A stretch of DNA of 33,132 nucleotides from an uncultured Gammaproteobacteria bacterium. Lineage in GTDB: Bacteria > Patescibacteriota > Microgenomatia > UBA12405. The first letter of the stretch is position 1. Every line of letters begins with the position of its first letter. The notes beneath the pieces are model-generated. The model was given only the letters and a program-made list of their open reading frames with translations, was not told the DNA's origin and did not search any database. Positions 25,175 through 33,132 of the stretch are shown here, piece by piece. The DNA is taken from assembly GCA_964425635.1 (NCBI GenBank), contig CAYRMT010000001.1:1-33132 (forward strand). Direction: 5' to 3'. A program made the position numbers and the translations under genes.

Positions 25175-25959
25175 CTTCCCGATAATCCTGTTAATATTAT
25201 TCCCAACACCGTAGCCACCCCCACCCACACAAACACCAACCACGTTCTTTTAAACAATCTTCCTCTTAATTCAGCATGTAACAAGCCATTGATTATATAA
25301 ACAATCATTACTAAATAAATCGATCCCTTAAAAATTCCTACCGGCCAAAAACTTAAAATCAAAGCCACCTCCGAAACTAAAAGAGAGGGCATTAAAACGT
25401 AATACCAAATATTCTTATCTTTTCCATCATTTGCTAATTCTATTGTCACACTAAAAAATATATACAAAAAAATTACTGACGATATTACAAAAACAAAAAG
25501 TATATTTAACCAATATACTAATTTAAAAGAAAATAAGCTATCAAACAAAAAAAATGAAGTCAACAATAATAAAATTAATCCCACCGTATAAGCCGCCCTA
25601 TAAAGTGGTGGTGTTCTGGACCCAATTGCTACCAAAAAAACATTTTCAACCAAAAACATGGCATAGCAAATTAATCCAAAAAATAAACTATATATTAAAC
25701 TTAACAATAAATTTTGAGGCAATAAAATTGCAAACAAGGCAAAACCAATAAAAAAGGCAGTTGGCATCACCATCGACATTAACCGAATATAAACACTCTT
25801 ATCAAAAACAATTCCCAATCCAAACCAAAAACAAAAAACAATCAAAACCATTCCGATCAATAATCCATAATAATGAGATTCATAAGGCAAACTTAAAAAG
25901 AAATAAAAACCAATTGCTGCTAATAAAGATGAAATAAAATATCTAAATCTCTTTGACAT
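25171..25959 (-). CDS. Polytopic membrane protein, unknown function
   Basis: About 8 hydrophobic helices. I prefer Met15 (MSKRF..., ATG at 25959) to the track start at 26001, which would overlap the yebC 3' end by 35 nt. Confidence 0.5.
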   Translation of the reverse strand: MSKRFRYFISSLLAAIGFYFFLSLPYESHYYGLLIGMVLIVFCFWFGLGIVFDKSVYIRLMSMVMPTAFFIGFALFAILLPQNLLLSLIYSLFFGLICYAMFLVENVFLVAIGSRTPPLYRAAYTVGLILLLLTSFFLFDSLFSFKLVYWLNILFVFVISSVIFLYIFFSVTIELANDGKDKNIWYYVLMPSLLVSEVALILSFWPVGIFKGSIYLVMIVYIINGLLHAELRGRLFKRTWLVFVWVGVATVLGIILTGLSGS

Positions 25960-25966
25960 TAATAAA

Positions 25967-26692
25967 TTATACCTTTTTATAATCAAATCCTGCAAAAACA
26001 TTTATTACATCATCGTTTTCCTCCAATTCTTCCACCATATCCACAACTTTTTCCACTTCTTCCTCTGAATTAAGCATAATCGGATTATTGGATCTTAAAA
26101 CCAACTCTGACCTTAAAACTGATAAACCCATATCTTCAACATTTTTAACAAAATTACTTAAATCGTTTGGCTCAACTAAAATGGTATTACCATCAAAATC
26201 AATTGCTCCAGCATCGATTAATTCTAATTGTTTTTCATCACCGATTTTATCCTGTTCTATAAAATCCAACTCCACCTCCCCTAATCTTTTAAATTGAAAC
26301 ATTACTGAGTTACTTTCACCTAGACTTCCACCGTAATTTCTAAAAATCAATTTAATTTCACCCAAAGTTCTGTTTTTATTATCAGTTTCCAATTCAATTA
26401 CTATTGGTACCCCAAAAGGACCATAACCTTCCATTGTCATCGCCATTAAATTTGCCTTTCTTGCCTCAAATTTAGCAATTAATCTATCAATATTTTCTTT
26501 AGGCATATTAACTTCCCTTGCCTTATCAATCGCCACCTTCAAACCCAAATTACCCTCAATATTAGTAACTCCACCACCAACCCTAATTGCTGTTAAAATA
26601 TTTTTTGCCACTTTAGTAAACGCCTCACTTCGCTTCTTATCTTGAGCCCCTTTCCTATTTTTAATATTTGACCATTTAGAATGACCCGACAT
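25967..26692 (-). CDS. yebC: YebC/PmpR-family transcriptional regulator
   Basis: MSGHSKWSNIKNRKGAQDKKRSEAFTK is the hallmark YebC N-terminus. Confidence 0.92.
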   Translation of the reverse strand: MSGHSKWSNIKNRKGAQDKKRSEAFTKVAKNILTAIRVGGGVTNIEGNLGLKVAIDKAREVNMPKENIDRLIAKFEARKANLMAMTMEGYGPFGVPIVIELETDNKNRTLGEIKLIFRNYGGSLGESNSVMFQFKRLGEVELDFIEQDKIGDEKQLELIDAGAIDFDGNTILVEPNDLSNFVKNVEDMGLSVLRSELVLRSNNPIMLNSEEEVEKVVDMVEELEENDDVINVFAGFDYKKV

Positions 26693-26695
26693 AAA

Positions 26696-27580
26696 TTAAT
26701 TTCTTTTTAAATAACTAGGGTATTGTATCATTGAAGCAAAATTATCACCAAAATATAATTCTACTTCATTCTCATTTAATGACTGGTTATATTTTTTATC
26801 ACAATTTAAAACCTGATTTATCATTTTCCAACCATAACTTAAATCAACCTTGTCACCGTAAACAATTAAACATCTGTCTATTTTCGCTTCATTATTATCA
26901 GCTGAAACTACCGAAAACCCCGACCATTCTAATCTTTTTGCTATAAAATTAGCCAAACCACTTTCATTGGTGTTATTAAAAATTGACAATCTTAAATCTT
27001 CATTATTTAATCTACTTTCTGAAAAATCTCTTACCATAATCTCGCTTAAATATAATTCATTTTGGTCCAAACTACTATCTATTCTTTCTTCTTTTAAAAG
27101 CATTTTATCGTGATTAATTCTATATTTTAACCAATTCCAAAATCCTAAATTATCAATCAATACTGAATCTTTTTTCCAATCATTAACTGAATTCAAAACC
27201 AAAATCTTGTCCGTCAAAAATCCAAAATTATACCAAAAAATATTTTCATCCGCCAAAGCCTTGGCGGCGGCGGGCTCTCCGTTTTTTTCTTGTTCTAAAA
27301 CATTTTTAATATTAGTATTGCCATACCAGGACATTCCAAAGGGTATCCATATCTCAACTTCTGATCCCAAATTTAACACATTAACCATTTTCCTTTCATT
27401 AGAAATTGATACTAAAGCAATCCCATCATTAGCAATTATTCCCAATTTATAATCTAAATTTCCATTAGTTTCTCTTTTTTTCAAAAAACCAATTAACACC
27501 AATAATGCTAAAAGTAACAACAAAACTAATCCCAAAAATAGCTTAAAATTTAAAGTCCTTTTAGATTTAACATTCCTCAT
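26696..27580 (-). CDS. Membrane-anchored protein with a C-terminal LytR_C-like domain
   Basis: Single N-terminal TM. C-terminal LSIFNNTNESGLANFIAKRLEWSGFSVVSADN resembles the LytR_C (cell-envelope-related) domain. Confidence 0.45.
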   Translation of the reverse strand: MRNVKSKRTLNFKLFLGLVLLLLLALLVLIGFLKKRETNGNLDYKLGIIANDGIALVSISNERKMVNVLNLGSEVEIWIPFGMSWYGNTNIKNVLEQEKNGEPAAAKALADENIFWYNFGFLTDKILVLNSVNDWKKDSVLIDNLGFWNWLKYRINHDKMLLKEERIDSSLDQNELYLSEIMVRDFSESRLNNEDLRLSIFNNTNESGLANFIAKRLEWSGFSVVSADNNEAKIDRCLIVYGDKVDLSYGWKMINQVLNCDKKYNQSLNENEVELYFGDNFASMIQYPSYLKRN

Positions 27581-28241
27581 ATTTATTCAAAATTTCCATC
27601 AAATCTTCAGGTAAATCTATCTCCACATTAATCTCCTGATTATTAACTGGATGTTTAAAAATTATTTTATACGCATGTAAAAATGGTCTTTTCAAACCTT
27701 CCAACATTTCCCCTCCATAAACTTTATCACCCACCAATGGCCATCTTAAATGACTCAAATGAACCCTAATTTGATGTGTTCTTCCAGTTTTTAAATCAAT
27801 ATCCAATAAACTATAAAATTTTGCATCTTTTTTATATTTTTTAATTAATTTAAATTTTGTCAATGCTCTTTTTCCTTCTTCGCTCACTCCAAATCTAGCA
27901 AAAACATATTTAGATCTGGTAATTGGCATGTCAATTGTCCCCTCAAAAGAAGTATCCCCACCTACCAAGCAATAATACTTTTTAACCAAACTCCTATCTT
28001 TAAATTGCTTTTTTAGACCCAAAAAGGCCTCTTCTGTTTTAGCTACTAAAATTAATCCCGAAGTACCCTTATCTAATCGATGAATTATTCCATTTCTTGG
28101 TAAATTATTTGGCCTAATATCTCGTAAATAATCCTCAAGAGTTTCACTTTCCCCTCTCTTTTCCTTAGTAGTCGTCATCAATGCCGGCTTTTCCACCACC
28201 ATCATTCCTTTATCTTCAAAAACTATTTTGACTTTTTCCAT
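27567..28241 (-). CDS. RluA-family pseudouridine synthase (no S4 domain)
   Basis: Catalytic-Asp motif HRLDKGTSGLILVAKT, plus KKYYCLV and GRTHQIRVHL. Confidence 0.88.
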   Translation of the reverse strand: MEKVKIVFEDKGMMVVEKPALMTTTKEKRGESETLEDYLRDIRPNNLPRNGIIHRLDKGTSGLILVAKTEEAFLGLKKQFKDRSLVKKYYCLVGGDTSFEGTIDMPITRSKYVFARFGVSEEGKRALTKFKLIKKYKKDAKFYSLLDIDLKTGRTHQIRVHLSHLRWPLVGDKVYGGEMLEGLKRPFLHAYKIIFKHPVNNQEINVEIDLPEDLMEILNKYEEC

Positions 28242-28510
28242 AATAAATCAATCAAACAAAATAAAACCCCTATCCCAATTATCCAATCATTAATATTATT
28301 ATAAAGCCCTATCCCTAAAAAATTCCAATAATCCCTAACATATCCAAAAACCATTCTTTCGATTAAATTTAAAAAACCACCAATAAAAATCAACCAATAC
28401 CATCCACCTTTTTTGACACTCAAAATCAAAAAAATAAAAACAAAAACTACACTCAACATCACCAAAAAAAACCCACCAATCCCAAAACTTATTCCATAAT
28501 TTTTAACCAT
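28223..28510 (-). CDS. lspA: Miniature lipoprotein signal peptidase II-like protein (95 aa)
   Basis: NYGISFG (N.GaaFG), GGFLNLIERMVFGYVRDYW (GNl.DR..G.VvDf) and NNINDWII (FN.AD) keep both catalytic Asp positions. TM1 and the periplasmic region are absent. Conserved lspA-rluD gene order. Confidence 0.55.
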   Translation of the reverse strand: MVKNYGISFGIGGFFLVMLSVVFVFIFLILSVKKGGWYWLIFIGGFLNLIERMVFGYVRDYWNFLGIGLYNNINDWIIGIGVLFCLIDLLWKKSK

Positions 28511-28520
28511 AAAAACTAAA

Positions 28521-28910
28521 TTAACTTTCGCTTTCTTTACTGCACTTAATACAAGTCGTTGCTTCCGGTCTTGCTGCCAATCTATCAGTATCTATCATTT
28601 TCCCACATTTTTCACAAACTCCATACTTGCCTATTTTAATTCTAGTCAATGCAGTCCTAAACTGGGCAATCTGCTTACTCAAAAACTTAGATTTAATTTC
28701 ATTATCAAAATGACCAATCTGTTCATCCACATCCTCCTCCAAAGAGTTTTCAGTGGTTCTGTTCTCATCTAAAAAAGGATCTTCGTTATTTAATTGTTTT
28801 TTAGTCCTCTTAAGCTTAACCAACTCTTTTTCCAAAAATAATTTAATCGGCGACAACAACCGACTAGGAAAATTTAAAATTACACTATTATTTTCTTTTT
28901 TCATATACAT
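28521..28910 (-). CDS. TraR/DksA-family C4 zinc-finger protein
   Basis: CEKCGKMIDTDRLAARPEATTCIKC at the C-terminus after a coiled-coil region. Confidence 0.72.
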   Translation of the reverse strand: MYMKKENNSVILNFPSRLLSPIKLFLEKELVKLKRTKKQLNNEDPFLDENRTTENSLEEDVDEQIGHFDNEIKSKFLSKQIAQFRTALTRIKIGKYGVCEKCGKMIDTDRLAARPEATTCIKCSKESES

Positions 28911-29538
28911 CTCCTAAGATACACAATTCTATTAAAGAAATCAAACTAATAATCCAAAAGAAAATCGAACCAATTATATTAATTTTAAAAAGCATTCCTA
29001 AAAAACCCAATATCAAAAATGACAAAAAAGCTGTCGATAAAAAGGAAAAACCTTTTTTCCCACTCTTATACCAAACAAAAGATCGATACTTTTTCTTAGT
29101 AAAATTCACAAAAAATATCATTGTTATCAACAATAACAGATATACCCCGGCCTTAAGATCAAATTTTGTCCTTAAAAATTCGTCCCCCATTAAACAAATT
29201 AATAATACTAAATCATTAATCAATCCATCTTCACAAAAAGGTATAATTTTCCAGTTATTTATTTTAGAAAAAATAACACTAGTCAAAATTAAACTTAAAA
29301 ATCCACCAACATAATCAACTCCTGGTTTATTCCAAACCGAAAACCAACTTATCCAACTATCATTCCAAACACCAAAATTAACTAAACCATAAACAATTCT
29401 TCCGCCAACAAAAAAACTCAATAAAGCCAACCAAGAATACATCACCACTCTATCCTCTTCGTAATTTTCTTTTAAACTTCTCCAAGTTAAATACGCAAAA
29501 AGTACTATCCCTAAAACTCTTAAAATTCCTAAACTCAT
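28888..29538 (-). CDS. Polytopic membrane protein, weakly Lgt-like (prolipoprotein diacylglyceryl transferase N-terminal half)
   Basis: FFVGGRIVYGLVNF ... VWNKPGVDYVGGFL resembles Lgt GaRlgYv ... iW.GG.s.hGG. The GR.GNF.N.E motif is not evident. Confidence 0.3.
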   Translation of the reverse strand: MSLGILRVLGIVLFAYLTWRSLKENYEEDRVVMYSWLALLSFFVGGRIVYGLVNFGVWNDSWISWFSVWNKPGVDYVGGFLSLILTSVIFSKINNWKIIPFCEDGLINDLVLLICLMGDEFLRTKFDLKAGVYLLLLITMIFFVNFTKKKYRSFVWYKSGKKGFSFLSTAFLSFLILGFLGMLFKINIIGSIFFWIISLISLIELCILGDVYEKRK

Positions 29539-29584
29539 GCCCTATTTTACTACAATCTAATATCTACGATCTATAATCTATTTG

Positions 29585-29667
29585 TACCGAAGGAGGGACT
29601 TGAACCCCCATGGCATTGCTGCCACACGATTTTGAGTCGTGCGTGTCTACCATTCCACCACTCCGGC
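29585..29667 (-). tRNA. tRNA-Leu (anticodon CAA), type II with long variable arm
   Basis: Reverse strand: GCCGGAG TG GTGGAATGGTAGACAC G CACGA-CTCAAAA-TCGTG TGGCAGCAATGCCAT GGGGG-TTCAAGT-CCCTC CTTCGGT A. Acceptor has G1:U72. No encoded CCA. Confidence 0.9.
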
Positions 29668-29694
29668 CTAAAAGTAAATCAATTATAACCTAAT

Positions 29695-31005
29695 TTATTG
29701 CTTTTTCTCTATATCAAAGAAACTTACTTGTTTACCATTGAAATACAAATTAAAACTTCCAGTTGGGCCATTTCGATGTTTTTCCACACTGCAAGTTACC
29801 ATCTCCCTAACTTCCTCGTCTTCTCGATACAAAAAGAACACCACATCAGCATCTTGTTCAATACTTCCTGATTCTCTTAAATCAGATAATCTAGGGCGTC
29901 CTCCTCTAGCCTCCATAGCTCTCGACAACTGAGCCAGTGCCAAAACCGGAACTTTTAATTCCCTTGCTAAATTTTTCAATCCCTGAGAAATTTCCGATAC
30001 TTCTTGCACCCGATTATCACGTGTGCTTCCATGCATTAACTGTAAATAATCAACCACAATAAATTTAATTCCCTTATCCACTTGCAATCTTCTGGCTTTA
30101 GTTCTCAATTCTGTCACCGTTAAACCAGGTGTGTCATCAATATAAAGAGGAGCCTCAGCCAGCACCCCCATTGCTTCTGATAATGAGTCAAAATCATTAA
30201 CCGACAATTGCCCTGTTTTTAATTTCCAAGCATCAATTAATCCCTGTCTTACCAATAATCTGTCAACTAATTCTTCTTTACTCATCTCCAAAGAAAACAC
30301 ACAAACTGGCAATTTCTTTTCCACTGCCACATACCTAGCAATATTTAAACCAAAAGCTGTTTTACCGACACCTGGTCTAGCCGCCAAAATCAATAAATTA
30401 CTATCCTGCATCCCCGCCAAAATATTATCCAAACCATTAAAACCACTCGGAACTCCTCTTAACCCAGTTCCCATTTTTTGTAATTCATCCAATCGATCAA
30501 AACTCGCAGTTAACACTTCTTTTAATGAAGTTGGAATCGATTTTAAATGCTTTTGTGATAAAGAAAAAATTTCCTGTTCTGCAATATCTAACAATTGATC
30601 TGCCGGTAAACTTGGATCAAAAGCCTTTTCACTAATTCTTCCCGATGCTGAAATTAATTCTCTTTTTGCCGACAATGATTTAATAATATGTCCATAACTT
30701 TCCACATTTGCCGCCGTCGGCACCTCACTTGCCAATCTAGTTAAAAAACCCTTCCCTCCGATTTTTTTTAAAACATTAAACTCCTTTAATTTTTCCGCCA
30801 CCGTCACAATATCAATTGGCATTCTTTCCTCATAAAGCTTCATCATTGCCTCATAAATTTTGCCATAGTTTGCGTTGTAAAAATGTTCTGGTCTTAGAAA
30901 TTCCGACACTGCCAAAACCGCATCGTTATCGATTAAAATTGACCCCAATACACAAACCTCTGCCTCTTCCGAACTGGGCGGTAATCTGATTCCATCTATT
31001 GCCAT
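29695..31005 (-). CDS. dnaB: Replicative DNA helicase
   Basis: PPSSEEAEVCVLGSIL N-domain, GVPSGFNGLDNIL, Walker A ARPGVGKTAF, Walker B IVVDYLQLM, LSDLRESGSIEQDAD. Confidence 0.96.
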   Translation of the reverse strand: MAIDGIRLPPSSEEAEVCVLGSILIDNDAVLAVSEFLRPEHFYNANYGKIYEAMMKLYEERMPIDIVTVAEKLKEFNVLKKIGGKGFLTRLASEVPTAANVESYGHIIKSLSAKRELISASGRISEKAFDPSLPADQLLDIAEQEIFSLSQKHLKSIPTSLKEVLTASFDRLDELQKMGTGLRGVPSGFNGLDNILAGMQDSNLLILAARPGVGKTAFGLNIARYVAVEKKLPVCVFSLEMSKEELVDRLLVRQGLIDAWKLKTGQLSVNDFDSLSEAMGVLAEAPLYIDDTPGLTVTELRTKARRLQVDKGIKFIVVDYLQLMHGSTRDNRVQEVSEISQGLKNLARELKVPVLALAQLSRAMEARGGRPRLSDLRESGSIEQDADVVFFLYREDEEVREMVTCSVEKHRNGPTGSFNLYFNGKQVSFFDIEKKQ

Positions 31006-31012
31006 AAACGTA

Positions 31013-31612
31013 TTATACCTTTTTTAATACCCTCAATTCCAAACCGTCCGGCAAATCATTTTTATCAACTTTCAAAGATTCAATAGCCTCTAATCCCTCT
31101 TGGTCAACTTGGTCTAAAAACTTATCTAAATCAGCCTTATTTTCATCACCATAACCCATTGGAACTAGATAATTTACTCCCCATTTTTTAGCCCAATCCA
31201 AAATCAATTTTCCACTAAAATCCCCTTTAATTAAAACTGGAGCCAACAACACATCAACCGAATCAACTTTTTCAATTCTTTTATCACTCAAAGCCTCTTC
31301 TAAATCTCCTAAAAATACTACTTTAATTCCATCAATATTAATAATAAAAAAAGTATTCTCCCCACCAGCCGGATAACCATTTATTTCCACTCCACCAACT
31401 TCGTATTCCCCTGGAGCTCTTATTAAAATTCGATCACCACCAAAACCCATTCCGTCATATTTCTCCGAGGTAAATAAAAAAATCCTTGATGAATATTTAG
31501 AATCATCTCTTCTTTTTTCGTTCGGATTTATTAAAATATTCTCTTTTTTACCTTTTAAATAAACAGAATTTTTTTCTAAAACTTTTATTTCCATATGATT
31601 CAATTCTACCAC
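31013..31612 (-). CDS. MBL-fold (Lactamase_B_3-like) protein lacking the HxHxDH metal motif
   Basis: Layout resembles UPF0173/UlaG-like hydrolases (ILINP..., APGEYEVGGVEINGY, VFLGD). The expected His cluster instead reads LFTSEKYDG. Confidence 0.35.
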   Translation of the reverse strand: MVELNHMEIKVLEKNSVYLKGKKENILINPNEKRRDDSKYSSRIFLFTSEKYDGMGFGGDRILIRAPGEYEVGGVEINGYPAGGENTFFIINIDGIKVVFLGDLEEALSDKRIEKVDSVDVLLAPVLIKGDFSGKLILDWAKKWGVNYLVPMGYGDENKADLDKFLDQVDQEGLEAIESLKVDKNDLPDGLELRVLKKV

Positions 31613-31650
31613 CTAAGTTCAATTTTTTGTGATATCATCTATATCATCAG

Positions 31651-32097
31651 ATGATAAAAGAATATTTTATTGCCATTACTCTCGGCACAATTTTAGGTTT
31701 CAGTACTACTAGCGCTTTTTTTATCTTCAATAAGAACAACACGAAATCAAATATTGCCGAAATCTCCCCTATTCCCACCGACACCCAAATGTCAACACAA
31801 GTTTCTGTCACTCCAATTTCCGAAAAAAAATCGCCAATTGAAATTACTTCTCCAGAAGATAAAGCTGTTGTTTCTACCTCTAAAACTAATATTAAAGGCA
31901 GTACTAAACCTAATAGCTTAATAATTATTTCCACACCATCTAAAACTTTTAGTAATAAAAGTAATTCTAATGGTGTTTTTGATATTAAAATCGAACTCGA
32001 CAGCGGTATTAACCTGATTAAAATCAGTAGTATTGATCAAGACGACAACCAAGACGAAACAGAAATAACACTTACTTATTCAACCACAAAAATTTAA
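31651..32097 (+). CDS. Membrane-anchored/secreted protein with one Ig-like beta-sandwich domain
   Basis: N-terminal TM/signal, S/T/P-rich linker, then IEITSPEDKAVVSTSKTNIKGST...NGVFDIKIELDSGINLIKISSID, typical of bacterial Ig-like modules. Confidence 0.55.
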   Translation: MIKEYFIAITLGTILGFSTTSAFFIFNKNNTKSNIAEISPIPTDTQMSTQVSVTPISEKKSPIEITSPEDKAVVSTSKTNIKGSTKPNSLIIISTPSKTFSNKSNSNGVFDIKIELDSGINLIKISSIDQDDNQDETEITLTYSTTKI

Positions 32098-32098
32098 T

Positions 32099-32824
32099 AT
32101 GTATCTACTTTTTTCTTTTATTCTCTCTTTATTTTCCCCCACCCAAATACTCGCCAACGATGCTACTGTTTCTGCCTCAAATTCTGATAAAAATTTAACA
32201 GAAGAAGTTCGGCAAATGGTAGCTAAAAAAGTAAAAGAGATTCAAGAAAATAACAACACTAATAGCTCAACCATATCTACTAACACTCCCAAAGGTATTG
32301 CTGGCACAATATCAAAAATAGAAAAAGATCAAATTACTATCAACAATAAAAATAACTCTGTAGTAATTACCATTACCGATGACACTGTTTTTATTGATAG
32401 TAAAAAAAATAAAATAAAAATCGATAATCTAAAATCAGGCCAAGTAATTTTATCTATGGGTTATTATAATCAATACAACAGTTTTGATGCCAAAAGAATT
32501 ATTGTCACCACCTCAGATGCTATCGAAAACAAAAACGAAATAGTTTTTGGTAAAATTGCTGACATCTCTCAAACTTCAAACGTGTTGGTTTTAATTCCTA
32601 TTAAAAATAAAAATGTACAATATCAAATTAAAACCGATTCAAAAACAAAAATTATTGACCAAGATAACAATATCTTAACAATTAATAAACTTAAATCTGG
32701 GCAAAAAATCATTGCCATAATTCAACCAGACACTAAAACCACTAACAGTTTCACTGTTTCTCAAATAATTACCTTTGATTCAGTTTCCAATTCGACTTCA
32801 CTAACCCCAACTCCTAAAAAATAA
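32099..32824 (+). CDS. Secreted protein with two internal DUF5666-like repeats
   Basis: Signal peptide (...SPTQILANDA). Duplicated module ...TDDTVFIDSKKNKIKIDNLKSGQVILSMG... / ...TDSKTKIIDQDNNILTINKLKSGQKIIAII... Confidence 0.55.
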   Translation: MYLLFSFILSLFSPTQILANDATVSASNSDKNLTEEVRQMVAKKVKEIQENNNTNSSTISTNTPKGIAGTISKIEKDQITINNKNNSVVITITDDTVFIDSKKNKIKIDNLKSGQVILSMGYYNQYNSFDAKRIIVTTSDAIENKNEIVFGKIADISQTSNVLVLIPIKNKNVQYQIKTDSKTKIIDQDNNILTINKLKSGQKIIAIIQPDTKTTNSFTVSQIITFDSVSNSTSLTPTPKK

Positions 32825-32929
32825 AATCGGTGTATAATATCAGTGTTTTTCCATCTTAAGTAAGCGATGACCTAAAACAAAGTTTTTTTGTTCTTTTACA
32901 ATAAATAGGAGAAAGGGGTTGTTTTAATC

Positions 32930-33132
<203 letters not shown>

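Noticed and set aside
25960-26001. Track start (26001) of the 276-aa membrane protein, overlapping yebC by 35 nt
   Set aside because: An internal Met (ATG at 25959) begins just after the yebC stop and immediately precedes the first TM helix, so I annotated the shorter form. Either start is possible.
22346-29580. About 20-nt similar words ATCTACGA[C/T]CTA.AATC.TA (22346-22364 versus 29562-29580) and CCCTATTTTA (22380-22389 versus 29540-29549) next to the tRNA-Leu 3' end, considered as att sites of a 7-kb island
   Set aside because: The two words are in opposite relative order at the two loci. The intervening genes (pta, yebC, rluA-family, lspA-like and others) are housekeeping. CCCTATTTTA is simply the reverse complement of a TAAAAT -10 box plus GGG.
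31647-31934. Minus-strand 95-aa ORF opposite the 31651-32097 + ORF
   Set aside because: The + ORF is longer. It has a TM/signal, linker and Ig-like domain and is followed 2 nt later by another secreted-protein gene on the same strand. The minus ORF is its mirror-image hydrophobic artefact.

Overview
AT-rich (roughly one-third GC, judged by eye), very gene-dense bacterial chromosome segment. It looks like a reduced-genome Patescibacteria/CPR-type organism: a short HolB, a 95-aa mini-LspA, an N-terminally short KamA-like radical SAM protein, a PilB ATPase, and many small membrane or secreted proteins. The standard genetic code applies, since TGA is used as a stop. I support 36 CDS (2 partial, one of them missing from the supplied ORF track) and 2 tRNAs. 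Almost everything from 1.7 to 19.5 kb is on the + strand: holB, fic, ligA, pth, tRNA-Ala, PAP2-LssY, a MacAB-like ABC system, a HEPN-like ORF, ferredoxin, trmH-like, gyrB and gyrA. Almost everything from 19.7 to 31.6 kb is on the - strand: xer, PP2C-like, ABC exporter, yebC, rluA-family, mini-lspA, traR/dksA, lgt-like, tRNA-Leu and dnaB. The two blocks converge on the only large non-coding tracts, 19531-19735 and an 861-nt ORF-free tract at 21575-22435. No CRISPR array, transposase, classical defence genes or rRNA were seen. The signals I consider most worth follow-up are: (1) two perfect hairpin palindromes inside ligA and pth that share outer arms and have covarying inner arms; (2) a tRNA-Ala that overlaps the pth stop codon and ends 2 nt before the next ATG; (3) TGnTAnAAT -10 boxes 5-11 nt upstream of many start codons with almost no Shine-Dalgarno sequences, implying leaderless mRNAs; (4) the repeat-dense ORF-free tract next to a xer + PP2C gene pair; (5) a G-rich word family (GGGCAG(A)GGGGAGT) recurring in CDS in different frames and in intergenic DNA; (6) a translationally coupled membrane hydrolase-like + HEPN-like gene pair. 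Everything comes from hand reading and motif recall. No searches or statistics were run.
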